A stretch of DNA of 64,000 nucleotides from Leptogorgia sarmentosa. Its lineage: Eukaryota. Location of the stretch: the NCBI GenBank assembly GCA_964658305.1, contig OZ210886.1:868001-932000 (forward strand), read 5' to 3'. Under the pieces are notes generated by a model that made no database searches, had not been told where the DNA came from, and was given only the letters and a program-made list of their open reading frames with translations. The position numbers and the translations under genes are program-made. The stretch's first letter is position 1; each line of letters starts with the position of its first letter. Of the stretch, positions 52,105-64,000 are shown one piece after another.

Positions 52105-53273
52105 TTAACCTTAGCGTTTTGGTCGATTTTGGGCACTTTTTCAACTTTTGAAAAACACCTCAAATATCAATGCAAACCACTTCAAAGTGTTTTTTAACGC
52201 ATTTGGAGTGTTTTAAAATGATTTTTGAGTGATTTTAAAAAAGTTGAAAAAGTGCCAAAAATCGACGAAAAAGTAAAGGGGTTAACCTTAACTTTTTTTC
52301 ACGACTTTTGAAAAACGTCTCAGATATGAACCCAAACCATTTTAAACTGTTTTTTATCGCATTTTCAGTGTTTTTAAATAATTTTAAAACGATTTTAAAA
52401 AAATTGAAAAAGTGCCCAAAATCGACGAAAAAGTAAAGGGGTTAACCTTAACTTTTTTTTCACGACTTTTGAAAAACGTCTCAGATATGAACCCAACCCA
52501 TTTTAAACTGTTTTTTATCGCATTTTGAGTGTTTTTAAATAATTTTAAAACGATTTTAAAAAAGTTGAAAAAGTGCCCAAAATCGATGAAAAAGTAAAGG
52601 GGTTAACCTTAACTTTTTTTCACGACTTTTGAAAAACGTCTCAGATATGAACCCAAACCATTTTAAACTGTTTTTTATCGCATTTTCAGTGTTTTTAAAT
52701 AATTTTAAAACGATTTTAAAAAAGTTGAAAAAGTGCCCAAAATCGATGAAAAAGTAAAGGGGTTAACCTTAACTTTTTTTCACGACTTTTGAAAAACGTC
52801 TCAGATATGAACCCAAACCATTTTAAACTGTTTTTTATCGCATTTTCAGTGTTTTTAAATAATTTTAAAACGATTTTAAAAAAGTTGAAAAAGTGCCCAA
52901 AATCGATGAAAAAGTAAAGGGGTTAACCTTAACTTTTTTTCACGACTTTTGAAAAACGTCTCAGATATGAACCCAAACCATTTTAAACTGTTTTTTATCG
53001 CATTTTCAGTGTTTTTAAATAATTTTAAAACGATTTTAAAAAAGTTGAAAAAGTGCCCAAAATCGATGAAAAAGTAAAGGGGTTAACCTTAACTTTTTTT
53101 CACGACTTTTGAAAAACGTCTCAGATATGAACCCAAACCATTTTAAACTGTTTTTTATCGCATTTTCAGTGTTTTTAAATAATTTTAAAACGATTTTAAA
53201 AAAGTTGAAAAAGTGCCCAAAATCGATGAAAAAGTAAAGGGGTTAACCTTAACTTTTTGGTCGATTTTGGCAC
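52105..53273. repeat. Tandem array (one 177-bp unit, six 160-161-bp units, one partial) of a piggyBac-type MITE joined at TTAA
   Basis: Junctions aagggg-TTAA-ccttaac at 52282, 52442, 52603, 52763, 52923, 53083, 53243. The first unit has long TIRs (tcgattttgggcactttttcaactttt / aaaagttgaaaaagtgccaaaaatcga). Confidence 0.85.
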
Positions 53274-53397
53274 TACATTCCTATTCATTCGGTCATGGGT
53301 ATAGACGCGTTTAGAGTACGCAAACGTTGCAATTAAATGTCCAATTTATCACTTTTAAAAATATATATTTAATACCCAACTGAAAATGCCAAAATTA

Positions 53398-55254
53398 TTA
53401 TTTAGCGGATAAATCCATATTTTTAACCATGTTTACCAAGGATTGAGGATCATTATCAGTGTTTTGGTAAACCTTCTGTCTTTCTAGTTCTATTTCCTCT
53501 GGTTCAGCGAGGTATCCACGTTTTGCTGGATCTCTATAATATTTCTCCAGTTTAGGTGGCGGGGCGGCTCTCCTGGGCATTCTCTTCTCATTAAATTTCC
53601 AAGGTTTGAGGAGAACACGTAGTCCTAGTTTAGTATAGTAAGCACAAGTAATTTGCCCTCCTTGTCTTTCTACGCTCTCAATTGCTTTCTTTGAAGCTCG
53701 GCTGACTTCAATATTTATCTTCGAGTTAAACATCTCAGAACCCTGAAATACAAAATACATTTAGAAACATTTTGGAAAAGATTCCAGTATGAATGCATGT
53801 TATGATAAAAAATAAAACTAGTAGCAGTATGTGACACCGGTTGTGGTCTTAGCAAGCCTGCCACCCAACCATTGGATGTTAAAACATCTTTTAGACAGTC
53901 ACATGTTGTGCTGTTCTTTATTTTCACATGAAGCCCAAATGACGGGCAATTGGACAACTTGTACACAATCAGTACCTGAGTGGTTGTAGAGAGATAAACT
54001 GAACGGTAACACATCTAAGACTTAAAATGTCTCTAAACAAGGATGAAAGACTTACTGTTCCTAAAAGACATACACCATCTCCAACTTTTGAAACTGCTCC
54101 TGTTGTCCAAAGTGTATTCATATTAATAGGCTTATTGACATCAATACGACCACAATCAATGAAATATTGAAGTCTGTTCAGATTCAATGGCACATAATCT
54201 TTTTTGTTTCTGGAAAAAAATATTTATCATAAGTGCAAAACAAATGTATCAAGCTGCAAGCATGTGATGAAGGTTTTAACTGGCTAATGTTCAGGGGCCG
54301 GTTGTACGAAGCCCGTTTAGCCTAAACGGTGGATAAGCCAAAATTTAATAACACTCTCACAACTCTTGTAAACGTATGAATTTAAATTTCATGCACTAAA
54401 TACGTAGTGGCAGTCATAGGTGTTCTGTTCATGTTGAAAACTTTCAGTTTTGTTGTTCAATGAATTAATAGACTTGTTTTTATTTTTCAGCTTATCCGCC
54501 GTTTAGGTTAAACGGGCTTCGTACAACCGGCCCCAGCAATATAAACTTGTAAGACTTTCTCAAACTACTGTAGCAGGTTTTTTACTTACACATTTTTGAA
54601 GCCATGTTTAGGTACCCTGAGATAAAAGGGTGTTTGTCCGCCCTCAAAACCTATCCTTGGCATAGTCCCACGTTGACCTTGACCTTTATGTCCTCTCCCT
54701 GAGGTTTTACCAAGACCAGAACCAGGTCCTCTGCCCTTTCTGTGATGCTTTGTGTTTATAGAAATTCATAAATATAAAATGGTAGAGATGGTGTAATGTC
54801 AGCCATCCAAATTCCACAAAATTACTGGCAGAGAAAATTGCCTCTCGTGCTCAACGTGCTTCAGACGAGCCTGATTGGAACCCCCAATAGTGGATTCGGT
54901 CGAGTTTCATTTCTTAGTGCTATGATAAAATTCTCTTTGATCTTGTCAAAACTATCAGCGGATTTGTCACCGGCAAAGATCATATATATTTAAGGGGTCC
55001 AAATCTACTGGATGTAGGCCAGGGGTCCAAATCTACTGGAACACTAACACACACATGCCACACACTTTATATCCTCATCTTAAACACATGCAAAAAGTCA
55101 AACCAAGCACATAGTCAACAAAGGGTTTAATTAAACCTACCGGTTTAAAAGCTTCAGGAAAATCTCTTATGTTATCAAGAGCTACGCGAGGAAGTTTTTC
55201 TAAGGCTTTTAAATTCTTCTCCACATGACAATACGTTCTCATTTTGGCCGCCAT
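53398..55254 (-). CDS. MRPL15: Mitochondrial ribosomal protein uL15m, 4 exons
   Basis: Exons ~55254-55141 ([13 protein letters not shown]), 54748-54591 ([25 protein letters not shown]...[15 protein letters not shown]), ~54209-54056 ([17 protein letters not shown]), 53743-53398 (INIEVSRAS...[12 protein letters not shown]). Confidence 0.95.
54295..54533. mobile_element. PIF/Harbinger-type MITE in MRPL15 intron 2
   Basis: ~44-bp TIRs gggccggttgtacgaagcccgtttagcctaaacggtggataagc / gcttatccgccgtttaggttaaacgggcttcgtacaaccggccc; 3-bp TSD CAG (54292-54294, 54534-54536). Confidence 0.9.
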
Positions 55255-56351
55255 CTTGTCTCATCCACGAACCAAATACGCGTTTCTGATTGGCTAACTT
55301 TCGCACTTAACTCCCCCCAGGCCCCAGGTCCCAGAGTGACTCGGTGTCACTCTCTGTGCTCAGGTGTTCAAGATGATGAACAAGGAGTTCACCGGCCCAG
55401 ATGTGCTGGTATACATTTTCACCCCAGGCAGAATTTAGTTTTCAATTTTCGAGGAATAATTTTTGGATTTTTACCCCCAGATTCTCACATCTTGGAAAAA
55501 TTCCTTGAATATATTGAAGGAGTGCAGAAACAGAAAGCTTGGTATCCCCCTGTCTCCATTAAGCAATGTGGTCGTCTAAGCTTCCAGATCAGCGAGTGTA
55601 CTCATAATTGTTTATATATTGTTTCATATTTATATTTAATCAGTACTTAATATTTACTTCCTTACTATTCGATTTGAGGTTACATTATACAAAGTGGTTC
55701 GCGATGACCTTCAGTTCAGTTCTTCAGTCTACGGGTTTAAACAGCAAGCTTTTACTCATTTCAGTAAGTCCTTCCAATCACAAGTTCACAACCAATTAAA
55801 ATGATCTAATCTGGTCAAATTTTTAACGGAACTATTAATGTTTTTGAATGACTTGTAGTTGTACAAAAACTTGCTTTTTGAGAAACAGTACACTATTAAG
55901 GAACATATGCATGTAACTGTGGTAGGCCTACTATTTTTTCATTGTTTTGGTAAGATCTAACAAGACTTACTCAAATATATATCAATCAATAATATTTCAA
56001 ATCACGGAAGCTGGCTGGATTCAGTGGCTTCCAAAAGACCAAAGTATACGTAGTCGTTTTAAAATCGTTTCTTTCATGTAGCAATACTTCGTAGGAATGA
56101 CAAAAACGGGATTTACTGGGTAGTTGCAATTGAAACAGCCAACGACGTGAGTCGACGAGTGTCCGAATTTTCTTTGACCTCAGGCAGGGACAGAAGCCAA
56201 GGAGATCCACAACAAGATCCCAAGCAGTTCAGTTCACAATGTCTACAAAAGATCTTGATTATTATAGTTTACCATAATTGCTCATTTAATCGACCACAGA
56301 ACTGCAACGTCCATGAAATAATCCACAAAGAAAAGTGTCTCACCTTGTTTT

Positions 56352-59300
56352 TCAATCCTCAAACTGGTAATTTTGCATGTTCGCTTGATCTGACCAAGCT
56401 GGATGTGAAGATTCATCCATTTCAGGAGCATGCTCGTTATCATCTGCCAACCGATGTTGCTGGCCACCAATGACTTCACCACATTCAGGACATTTGCTTA
56501 CTTCCATTGCACCTCCACATTCTCCAATCGCATAATAGTGACCATTACGACACTTGAACCAATGACCTTGCTTCAACCCAATTGCACGAACAATTTGAAT
56601 TTTTTCTTCTTTTGTAATAGGAGAAAGCTGAGGATTTCGCGAATAAATTTCGGCAATTCCTTCCTTAAACTTGTTCAGAAAATCTTCCTCAATTATCTCT
56701 TTGTTTCGCAAGAGCTTCTGAATTCTCGTCACAATTTCTTCATCGTCTTCATCAAGGGTAAATTCAAGGCCAGCGCAATTCAACATGAGAATCAGTACAT
56801 CTCGCTTCAAAGATAATCTTTGAAGTTCTAAGTTCAATTGATTCAAGACTTGTGTACTGGTCTGTGTGGGGAGCACCAAGATTCGACTTAACACATTCTG
56901 CATCTCGCTTTCAAATTCAATATGGCTGGACGAGCGACAATGAATTTGAGACTTAAGTGCCTCTTCGTAGGATTTACTAATGAGATGCCAATTTTGCACG
57001 AGGTGCATTTCAGATTCAAGCAATAAGATGTCTTGGAAGTACACAGAGGAAGATTTAAAAATTCTCTCAAAGTAATCAGCAATCTTTTTCCATGCTTTCT
57101 CGATATTTGATGGTTTCATATTCATGGATAACAAATTAATTTTACTAATCAACTCATGTGCAAGCTTCAACACCAAAACTTTTTTCTCTTCTGTCACAGT
57201 GGTGTTGCCCAGGATCTTCTTCTTTATATTATCGATATCATTATGTATTCTTTTCACGACATTTCCATATCTGAATGACTTTAAAATTGGCACGGTGCAA
57301 AGTGGGCAAGCTTTTGTTTTAATGTTGTCATCAGTAATATCCATCATCTCATCCAGTGCGGTGTACTCGAATATATGTTCACAATCTTTCAGCATGATAA
57401 ATCTTGCGTCTTTTTCGTCTTCGGTTCCAAAGAGGATTTCCCTCACATCCTTACCGTTATTTGTTTTACAAATAGAGCAAACGCAACGTTCCCCACAAAG
57501 GCCAACGCAGGGATGACGTATTCCTTCAGCACATGATATCATTCTTTTGCATGGCTCATTACATCTAGGACGATCACACATGTCACTACAGAGTTTAGTA
57601 CACTTGTGATGTTCACATTCCCATTCACACGACTCCTTGCATGGAATACATATTTCTCCACAATCTTTTTCACATTTGCTGTGAATACACTTTCGAGGGC
57701 ACTTCTCTTTACAAGGAGGACAATTCTTGATGCAGCTGCTTTTGCACTGATGTGAGCAAATTAGTTTTCGCTCGCATTTCTTCACACACTTCTTGTGAAC
57801 TCTGCCTTGAATACATTCTCCGCATTTACCGGTACAAGGATGCCCACAATCTAACAAGGTGTTATTGGCATTACATGGAACATTGCAATCTTTCTGAGTA
57901 GCCGAGCAAGCCAATGTGCTCTCATGACCGCATGAAAATTCAGTTTTCTTCTCTAATTCCATGCATTGTATTGTACATGGCGCACTGCAGTAAGTTTGAC
58001 ATCTATGACCACAATCGAGCATTTTTGAACATCGTTCTTTACACTTGGCAATTTTTGCATCATCACTGCATGCCAAAGGCATGCTGTGTCCACAATCTAA
58101 GACCTTAATAACACGATACTGACATGTTGAATCACACGGCTCAGAGCAGAGCTTGGTACATTTATGGCCCTCCACATCACAATTTTCAACATTTCTGGGA
58201 CAAGGTTTCTCACATTTGAAATCTTCATGGTCGCTTGGATGGCACATTTGTGGACAGGCATGACCACATTCAAGACGATGCTGACATTTTTCTAAGCAGC
58301 CACCATTAGGAACGAGTGTTTTAAAGTCTGCAGCACTGGAAACTAAATTCTCGGCTTGATGATTACTGCAAACTAAGGGCAGCGATTTTCCAATGCAACC
58401 ACTTTTGTCGAAATCAGCAAGTACATCTTTCCAGAGTGGACTTTGTTTTGACAGCATCTTTCTGTTGCCCATAATGTAAAGTCCCTTTCTTGCTCGTGAG
58501 AGAGCAACACAGACTCGATTGTTGGTCTTTAAAAAACCGATGTTGTCGTCCTCATTATTTCGGACTAACGATAGCAAGATGATATCATTCTCCTCACCTT
58601 GGAAGTTATCCACACTGGAAACTCGAGGTAAATTGTCCTGAAATTCTTCTTTCCTGAACTTTATGAGATCTCGAATGACAAACATTTGGCCTGTATAGGT
58701 TGTCAAAATCGTAATTTGCGATGACTTGTAGCTTTGTCGTAAAAGATAAAGACACAATTCCACAAGAAATTCTGCCTCATGTTGGTTAACTTTACTGTGA
58801 ACGTTGTCGTGGATGCTCTCTTGGAGGTCATGATCAATGAAAAATAAATTCTTTGAAACACCTCGAATGTCCTCGTACTCCGTAACAGATATGTGGTCTT
58901 CAAGACCATCATAGATGTGGCGAAACATTTGAGATATTTCTGGTCGCATTCTATGTTGCACAGACAGGCGGTTATGGGGAACACCCGCTTCGACCATTCT
59001 TTCCAGCAAAGAAACATCAAGGTTGTATTTCTCACTCAACTTGTACACACTTGGTTTTGGTCGAAGTTGTTGATGATCACCAATAAGAACCAAATGCTGA
59101 CAATACTCTGTTAAACATGTGACAATATGCGCCTCAAATAATTCAGCTGCTTCCTCAATGATCACAACGCGAGGCTGAAGTTGTCGAAGAAGTGTGTGGT
59201 TTTTTGATGCGCATGTGGTTGTCACACCAACTACTCGAGAATTTCTCAGTATATCAAGATCTTCGATATTGCGCAATTCTTCGTACTCGTTATTCAGCTC

Positions 59301-62300
59301 CAAATATTTCCCTTGTTTCTGTCTCATTTTTCCCCGCAAGGATTCACGAAGTTTTGCCAACCAAAGTAAATAAAGTGACCATCTCTGCTTTACATCTAGT
59401 CTTAAAAGATCTGCAGCATGAGTCTTTTCCAGTTCTATAGTTTCTTGACGATCAGGTACCTCAGTTTTCAAAAGTTCTAATATGCCCGCTGGTCCGGTTG
59501 TTTCTTCTGCAGAACAAATCAAAACTTCGTCTTTTGATTCGTGGGTTTCGTCTTCTTCAGCCATATATCCCACGTAGAAGTGTCCTTCGTGCTCACGACC
59601 ATAATACTCGTCCAAAATCTCTTCTACCAATTTTTCTGTATTCTGTTTTGCAACAGGGTTCAAAGATATTCCTAGAAACATAAGCATATGATCGTTTTTT
59701 GAAAGGCATTCCATGTATTCTTCCGACATGAACTCCCGAAATTCTCTTGCAGGAAGGATTCCTTTGTATGACTTGGCGTAGATCTCCATACATCTATTTA
59801 GTTCTGCTTGACAGGCTTCTTTTTCGCGTTGAACCTGACCAAATCTTCTACCGCCTAATCTTCTACCGCCATTGCGACATTTTGCGTTTCGACGTTCTCT
59901 TCTCACCACATTTAGGTTGCAGTCTTTAAGTGCTTCGCTTGAGCTACGCGCTCCAACACGGATAATATCTAGATAGTACGTCAAAAAGGTAACATTAACA
60001 ATAAATTCAATAACAATAGCATTATTCCAGGGGCTTATTCTAGCGATTTTTTTAACATTACCCCTAAAATCCTCAATTTTCATTGAAAGTTCATTGCTCC
60101 TCTACTACAAATCCATTCTCAGTCCGTTACATATAAACCATGCAAAAATAGACAAATGAAAACGAAACTATTGCCATTAGGTAGAAGTGCAATAAACAGT
60201 AAGGCCTAGCTAGTTTACTAGTCTTCTTTTCAAAAGAAATTTGTAATGCAGAACACGATTACAAGCACCATGCGCGCCACTGCAATTAGTGTAATGATAT
60301 TTCTGGAGGGATCGGCCACACTTGTGTCAACCATTTTATCAGACTTTTGCCGAACATTTCTTTATCGAGACACTTTTGGAAATTCCCCTACTGGATTCGA
60401 AAATGTTTTTCGAGCATTTTTGTTGCTTCTAGCGTATTTTTGGCGTGTCTGTAGACTAATATACGTGCAATTTCATCGTCTTAATATTTGACTGGTGATC
60501 TCCACTCTCCGCTATTTTAACTAAATAATACCTCTTCGATTAATAGTAAGTCCTTCCAAGAATGAATCCAAGGCGTGGTTAGTATACGCTAACATTAGAA
60601 TTGGGCAGGATTTGTCATTGTCTGTGTCTTTCCAGAGGTGATGATTATCCAGGAGCGTGTGAGCAATTTTTAGCCCCAGGTATGTCTTGCCAGTGCCAGG
60701 AGGTCCCTGAATAACAGCGAATTCTCTTTGCAAAGCAGATTGAAATGCTTTGTACTGCGACTCATTTAGACCAATCACATCACCGTCTGGCCACGTGTGC
60801 AAATCATACGGACTGACATTCATTAGGCGGAAAGTAACATCATCATCCTTCAGCTGCAGCAAATGCAATTGGTTTTGCCATCTTGGTTTTGGTTTTGCAG
60901 ATTCTAAGTTGATCGTAATTGGATTCTCTTCCTCTGATTCCATTCTCAAATACGTTGGCTAGAAGTAAATGAAAATTAATAAGTTAAATAACTATGCCTA
61001 GCTGCCAAAAATTTATTTTAATTGCTATACCGTCTTAATCTAAAGCAAGCCCACGAGAACTGTCAACTTTTATAAAAGTGTATCCCTATTTTGGTATTTT
61101 ATGTTTAACTGCATGGTGTGTGAAAACGGTCCCAGATATTGTAGAGTGGGGAATTACAATATGGAAAATACCAACTTTGCTTTATTCTCCGTTCGCATAT
61201 GACGTCATAATCTGCCATTTGGCGCCACTTTGGTCAACAATACGAAGTTTATTTCAGTTTTTACAGCGAATATACTCGGCTATTACACCATTACTTAGTA
61301 TATTTTGAAACTTATAAAGTTTTGTTGTTGTGTCTGTGTCTAATGCTTGTCCTGTTGTGCACGTGTTTTTGAAATGTCAACCAAGATGCATGGCGGTCAA
61401 TTGCAAACCACCTATACTATACCTGGTTTGTATAATGCATTACCTTGTCAATTTCATGTTCACAAAATACGATGTAATTTTTGAATGGCATCGTTTCTTC
61501 ATCAATGCTTTGTAGACGTTGAAGAATATGACGGTATGCCACAAAGTATGCTGAATTGCTTTCGACCATGCTGTACCTTTCTTGCATATTGTCACCATAA
61601 GCAGGACATTCGTTTCCTTCGAAACATAGCTGAATATAACCCTCTTTAAGCATGTCAGGATTGCGGTCTTGTACTGTAGCAAAATGAACTTTGCTGAAAT
61701 CATCCGATATTAAACATACCAATGAACCAAACAACAGTCGCTTTGACCGCTTCCAGTTTACACGTTTGATGGACGCGTGTTTCGAATTAAATTCCACGTT
61801 GTAGATAATGCCTTTTATACCAACCTGACGTTTTGTTGGCAGAACTTGCTCTTTAATCGTCACGTTATTATACACAATGACATCATGCTGTGGTCTGTCA
61901 TGACCTAATTTAGACTTTTCAATTGCTGCTTGACCATACTGCTGATGCCTGTAATTCCTCTGGAGGTCTTGAATTCCCTTACGTAGACCTGCTAGGGAAT
62001 CCTCTTTAAGAAGCCGAAAATGAATATCCAAATATTGGTCAACACTTGGAAATGGCTTCTTAACAATATTTTCTCTTAGGAATGGTTTTCCTTTCTTGAA
62101 AATATCTTCGGCCGTCGGAAATACACTTAACTTTCGGAAATCATCTGGTGGCTGATTTTCAGACTCTCCCTTTTCACGGATTCCTTTTTTCACAAGTTCG
62201 CATTTGCTGGTCAAATCCTTCAACAGATTGTCGACAGAAGACTCTATCAGAACATTTCTGTTCTCTTTCAAGCAACTAACCGCACTTTGCAGTTGATGGA

Positions 62301-63616
62301 GTGGGACACAAGAATAGAGATGAGGGATCCGTTTTAATGACATACTGAGGATTTTACAAATATGTTCCAACATGGAAGATACATCTGGGTCTGTGAGGCA
62401 CTCCTTCCGAGTCTCAAGTTCTACAATAAATTTTCCCAATATGGACCAGAAGCGTACCTTGTTAAGAATGCCGAGAATTGTGTTTAAATGAGTGAGTATT
62501 CTTGATTGGCATACTTTATAGATCGTATGTATGATCAACTTCATCAGATCATATCTTATCTCATTTTCTTGTAATAATGCTTCAAAACGTTCAAGTTGTG
62601 TCTTTTCAGACAACTTTGATGAAGTTTCTTCTGGAGGAACCTGGTCGTCGCAGAGCTGCTTGAGATATGAATAGCACAAAGGTTTGGGAGATGTTGTTTC
62701 ACTTGTTGTATGACTTTGATTATATATATTTCGACTCATAGTTTCCCCAGTTTTGAATGGTGTAAAGAATTGTCGACCGCTTTCCTGGATTGTACATGGT
62801 TGGGTCCTACCAATGGGCAAACAACTAAACTGTTTAGGGTTGTTCTTCTGATTATTGCATGGTTTCGTTTCAATTCCGAATTCTTCTGAGCACCTGATAT
62901 CTCGGATATTCCTGACATTTGCTTCTGATTGATACACAAGTGGAAATAGATTTTGTGGTGTCGTTGGAGAAATATTTCGATCGTTATTACATAATCTTTT
63001 TCTAACATTGTTGTTTTGATCATGGTAAACCCTTTTACCGTTATTGTTTATTTGAAATGATAAGTTAGGTTCTATACAGGGAAATAAGAATTTCGTTTTC
63101 ACAAAAAAGGAGATAGATTTAGTTGCATGATCGCGACCAGGGCTGTCGCTAGGTTAGTTGGGGGAAACAAGGTGAGGATCGAAGACGTGAGGCATACCCC
63201 CGGAAAAATGTTTGATTTTTGGGTTCTCTAAAACGCTATTTTTGATCTTAAAACATTTTTAGCATTGTTAGGCAGGTATACGAGAATTGATTGGTTTGGC
63301 AGCCCGCATTGAGGTGCGAATTGTCGATAAAGATCATTTCGTGTAACATTAGCTTTATAATTTCTCATTGTGCATTTCAAGAATTTTGCATGGGTACTTG
63401 TTAAACAGTACTAGGATTGTGAGATTTTTTTAAGCTACCTCGTGGGAAACGATGATCCAATGTATTGACTGGAGCCGAGGTCTGTAAACTCACACGGCGT
63501 CGATTATTAAACTTCTTTGACCGGCGTTTCTTACATTTCTTTGACCTCTTCCTTGACTGTTCTATAAACTCTCTTAAGTCGTTTTGAAAGTCTTTCGACA
63601 TGTTATTCTTTGACAT
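56352..63616 (-). CDS. ZNFX1: NFX1-type zinc finger-containing protein 1 (SF1 UPF1-like helicase, NF-X1 fingers, RING-like, RZ finger)
   Basis: Exons 63616-63439 (tentative), 63071-61444, 60958-60532 (IQGPPGTGKT), 59968-56352 (IIEEAAE, LIGDHQQLRP, VDNFQGEEND, RVCVALSRAR, Cys/His repeats, HWFKCRNGHYYAIGECGGAMEVSKCPECGEVIGG). Confidence 0.93.
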
Positions 63617-64000
63617 TTTTCATCAATCCAGGCGAGAGACTGTAATGTATGAATGTAAAAAGACATGTAATTTATATGCATAAATGTTATACAGGGTATC
63701 CCCCAAAAGTACTCTCTGAGAAATGAGTTCTTTTTTTGTCAAACATGCGTTGTTAGAATTGAATTGAATAGTGCATGAACGACAAAAGTATTTATAACAA
63801 CACTTGTTTGTGCTGCAGTTCGTTTCGTTCAAGCTAATTTCAATTTCCAGAGAGTGTAAATAACCCGCAACAAAGGAATGATTTCTATAGAGGTTACTTT
63901 GTTTAGGACACTCTGTAGAAACAGTTTTGGCTAAAAATGTTGTGATGAACGGAAAATATTGTGTTATTTGCGGAAATTGCTGCCACATTTAATCCGAATT

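Noticed and set aside
56430..59929. Several plus-strand and alternate-frame ORFs within ZNFX1 (and similar ones within PDIA4, DnaJ and the PAW-C2 gene)
   Set aside because: Antisense or shadow ORFs of real coding exons, with no independent motifs.

Overview
AT-rich, intron-dense animal (metazoan) genomic DNA; the repeat types and gene style suggest a cnidarian/hydrozoan, which is inference only. Genes, left to right: last exon of an AGAP-type ArfGAP (+); an intronless, tail-anchored J-domain protein (+); two tandem, intact 11-exon HPRT paralogues sharing an apparent gene-conversion tract (+); PDIA4/ERp72 (+); an extended synaptotagmin with two duplicated alternative first exons (+); RPE (+); a 3-exon secreted knottin (ICK) peptide precursor whose mature part the ORF track misses (-); an unusual PAW-domain + C2-domain fusion gene (+); MRPL15 (-); ZNFX1 (-). 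Non-coding: a ~6.3 kb 165/172/177-bp satellite with higher-order structure, a 160-bp array derived from a piggyBac-type MITE, hAT and Harbinger MITEs with TSDs, Penelope-type minimal hammerhead motifs, and a ~130-nt GC-rich module in an RPE intron predicted to fold with HDV-like pseudoknot topology but without the HDV catalytic consensus. Most novel candidates: the ICK peptide, the PAW-C2 fusion and the pseudoknotted RNA module. All exon structures were derived by eye from GT-AG sites and recalled protein homology, without database or RNA-seq support.
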